Source of the DNA: an uncultured delta proteobacterium
Lineage (GTDB): Bacteria; Desulfobacterota; Binatia; JACPRU01
Direction: 5' to 3'
DNA: 64,000 bases
NCBI GenBank assembly: GCA_963745025.1
Contig: CAVUWD010000014.1
Span: 224,001 to 288,000 of the forward strand
Shown: positions 61,532-64,000 of the stretch, one piece after another
How positions within the stretch are numbered: position 1 is the stretch's first letter
Layout of the letters: every line of letters starts with the position of its first letter
Translations under genes and position numbers: made by a program
Notes under the pieces: model-generated
What the model was told of the DNA's origin: nothing
Databases searched by the model: none
What the model saw: only the letters and a program-made list of their open reading frames with translations

Positions 61532-61687
61532 TCAGAAGTTCAGCCGCCCAGTCAGAAGCAGGATGATAAGGATGATCAGGATGATGCCGCCGAGCCCGGA
61601 CGGTGCATACCCATAGTTATGGTAACCCCAGTTGGGCAAGCCACCGAAGACGAGGAGCAACAGGACAATCAGAAGCAGCAGTGACAT
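61532..61687 (-). CDS. DUF3309-family small membrane protein (51 aa)
   Basis: MSLLLLIVLLLLVFGGLPNWGYHNYGYAPSGLGGIILIILIILLLTGRL; RBS AAGGAG. Confidence 0.85.
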   Translation of the reverse strand: MSLLLLIVLLLLVFGGLPNWGYHNYGYAPSGLGGIILIILIILLLTGRLNF

Positions 61688-61823
61688 GACGTTCTCCTTG
61701 TGCCCGAGGTACAGGCGTTGGGTGGGTTAGCTGGCGCGGCTGGCGTGGTGCCTTCGCGCGCCAGTTCATTGGACTTGCCGCTCGCCATGGTCGATCCTCT
61801 TTAACTCTCCTGCAGCCCTTGAC

Positions 61824-61839
61824 TGCAACGGTTGTGCCC
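61824..61839 (-). promoter_or_regulatory. Second copy of the putative sigma54 promoter
   Basis: Identical GGGCACAACCGTTGCA inside a ~90-bp duplicated leader. Confidence 0.55.
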
Positions 61840-62233
61840 GGACCTGCGTTCGTCATGCGCAATATGCCGCGATGTTCCTCAAGCCTCGAATTCTCATTGC
61901 CGGAAAATTGTTCTCTCTCCGATTCTCACTACTGGGAATTATTCTCTCTCCGATGCGAGTGCAACCGAGCTGCCCCTCCGCTTAAAGGCAGTCGTCATCC
62001 GTGAGCGCACCTGCGGCCTCTTTTGATCCGCCCTTTGATCTCTCTTGCCACCCATGGGCGTGCTCCCTTCCGCTTCCTGCTGCGACCGCCCGCGCCGCGG
62101 TCGCAGCAGTGTGGTTGTGCCACGTCGTGCGCAGCGTTGTTGATGAAGTAGCGTCGTTCCGTACCTGTCGGTCCACGATAGAGCCTGCCTGCACTGCCCG
62201 GCACATCCATACGAACGCGGTAAGCCAGTACGA

Positions 62234-63283
62234 TTAGTGTCCAGCTGCCTTCAAGCGCAGATCGTCCTCGACCGCGCGCACCCCCGGGACTGCACGCGCC
62301 GTCACCGCAGCCTCCAGGCGGCGCGCCTCGCTGGGGACGGTCCCCGTCAGCCGCACGACCCCGTTCTTCACCTCTATGCCGATGTCCTTGAGGTCAGGAG
62401 TGTCAAAAACCTGCTTCACCGCGCGCTCCAACTCATCGTCACGCATCTTCCCCGCGGCCTGCTTGGCGCTCGCCACCACCTGCAGTTCGTTCTCCACACG
62501 CTTGACGCCGCTCACCTTCTGAGCATCGGCCTCAGCAGCTGCCTTCGCTTGCTGCGAGGGCACGATCCCGAAGAGCGTCACCACCCCCGCCCATGTGTCC
62601 ACATTGATGTCGAGTGCCGGGGTCTGGCTGTCGGCAAGCAAGCGCATCTTGACGGCCGAGGTGATCCAGATGTCGCTGGCCGTATCCCACACGCCCTTCC
62701 CCTCACCGGGTGGTTGCGGCGTCGACTCACGCCAGATCTCTGCATCGGCCAGCGTGTCGGGGCTCTGCACCTCACTGGCGACCCGCCGCACGCCCGGCAC
62801 TTCAGCCGCTACCTCGACAGCGCGCAGGTGCGCGCTCAAGGTCTTGGCCGTGCCACCCAGCAGCACCACGCCCTGGTTCACGGACTGCACGGTGATCTGG
62901 CTGCTCTTGAGGGAAGGATCAGCCTGTAACTCCTGCTCGATGCGCTGCTTGAGGGCGTCATCGGACACCTGCATCGCCTTCTCGTGCTGCGGGGCCACCA
63001 CCTGGAGCAGATTGCGCACGCTCTTCACGCCGTCGATCTTCTGAGCGACGCTCTCGGCTTTGGTCTTCTCTTCCGCAGAGCCCACTTTGCCGTGCAAGGT
63101 GACCCGGCCGAGGACGGTATCCACCTTGATAGCCGTCCCGCTGACTCCCTCCGTTGTCAGGAGCGCGAGCTTGGTCTTGAGGGTGATCCAGGCGTCGGGC
63201 GTGGCCGCCCCGGCTGGGGTGGCCAGCGCAACGCCTAGGACCACCGCGAGTAGGCTGGACCGAATCCATGAGGTCCTCTGCAT
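62234..63283 (-). CDS. Multi-BON-domain periplasmic protein (OsmY-like)
   Basis: Signal peptide; four BON-like repeats (DAWIT.K.K..VTLHG, VVLLGG, VVTLFG, VVRLTG). Confidence 0.9.
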   Translation of the reverse strand: MQRTSWIRSSLLAVVLGVALATPAGAATPDAWITLKTKLALLTTEGVSGTAIKVDTVLGRVTLHGKVGSAEEKTKAESVAQKIDGVKSVRNLLQVVAPQHEKAMQVSDDALKQRIEQELQADPSLKSSQITVQSVNQGVVLLGGTAKTLSAHLRAVEVAAEVPGVRRVASEVQSPDTLADAEIWRESTPQPPGEGKGVWDTASDIWITSAVKMRLLADSQTPALDINVDTWAGVVTLFGIVPSQQAKAAAEADAQKVSGVKRVENELQVVASAKQAAGKMRDDELERAVKQVFDTPDLKDIGIEVKNGVVRLTGTVPSEARRLEAAVTARAVPGVRAVEDDLRLKAAGH

Positions 63284-63459
63284 GAATCTTCTCCTTTGGG
63301 TTGTGTTGTGACGTGAAATGCGCGGACCGCCGTTCCACGAATCAACATCGTGATGCCCGCGCTCGAAGGCCTACCTGCTTTGGCCCGGCCCCGACGCGCT
63401 CACGCGCGCCGGATCACCTTCAGCTTTTCTCGGCGCGGGGCAGCGCTGCTCCCGGCTCG

Positions 63460-64000
63460 TTACCGAAGGGACTCGAAGTTGAGGATTGACGACAGAATGT
63501 CGCCTAAGATGGAATAGTTTCCGTTAGAATAGCTGCCGTATTGATGGCGGCTGTCGTAGCCATCTTCATAGCCGCGACGGAAGCCCTCGCGGAAGTAGTA
63601 GTTGTAGTCGTCTCGGTCTACATAAAAGCCATTATAACCGTAGTTAGCATCCCGATAGGCATAAGAGTCGCGGTAGCTGGAAGCCCAGCGATCCTCCCGG
63701 TCTGCCTGTCCAGCACGAAAACCCTCTTCGTAGCCGTAGTTCACGGCTCGCCGAAGCAACTCTGCGCCGTATTGATTCGTCTGGTAGTACCTACCGCTGC
63801 GCAAGTACCGATAGCTTGGGGGCGTGTAGAAGTACGGATCACTACTGTAGTTGTAGTTACGTTCATTCTCGATACGTATTTGCTGCTGACGTAGGCGCTC
63901 TAAGTACTGTTGCTGAAAACGGTACTGCGCCATACGCTTCTCTTGCTGTAGCTGCGCCGACTGCTGTTGTAGCACGCGCTGCTGCTCCTCTAGATGTTGA
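63460..64000 (-). CDS. Gln-rich then Tyr/Gly-rich hypothetical protein, 5'-partial
   Basis: QQQ tracts, then GYEEGFRAG..YFREGFRRGYEDGY. Confidence 0.6.
   Translation of the reverse strand, partial: QHLEEQQRVLQQQSAQLQQEKRMAQYRFQQQYLERLRQQQIRIENERNYNYSSDPYFYTPPSYRYLRSGRYYQTNQYGAELLRRAVNYGYEEGFRAGQADREDRWASSYRDSYAYRDANYGYNGFYVDRDDYNYYFREGFRRGYEDGYDSRHQYGSYSNGNYSILGDILSSILNFESLR

Overview
High-GC bacterial chromosomal window; the gene content suggests a deltaproteobacterial/Binatia-like lineage (inference only). (1) 1-7.5 kb is core-like: 5-formyl-THF cyclo-ligase, a GspC-like protein, a tyrosine phosphatase, a PP-loop ATPase, radA, larC, dksA and tRNA-Ala(CGC). (2) About 7.5-35.7 kb is a mosaic accretion island anchored at the tRNA-Ala 3' end, with a 26-bp att duplication at 10719-10744. 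It has no recognisable integrase and contains an AEP-primase/SF2-helicase fusion, three toxin-antitoxin pairs, many SDRs/hydrolases/cupins and many abutting gene fragments. It is punctuated by four copies of a perfect 18-bp palindrome TTGAACCACGTGGTTCAA. Three copies extend to 24-28-bp perfect symmetry with co-varying arms and share a conserved downstream tail with tandem GTAGGAC repeats. This is the best candidate for an undescribed site-specific recombination or hairpin-resolution system. (3) About 37.7-64 kb is a general-stress region: a small protein-KaiC-like ATPase-two hybrid kinases-FixJ-type regulator operon, BON/CsbD/GlsB/ElaB/YtxH/AI-2E/VIT1 genes, a SOD-ferritin-like-encapsulin operon and an orphaned NRPS accessory tail. 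A recurrent 16-bp palindromic motif TNRGGR-N4-YCCYNA lies upstream of these operons and suggests a local regulon. All calls come from reading the sequence; no database searches were run.
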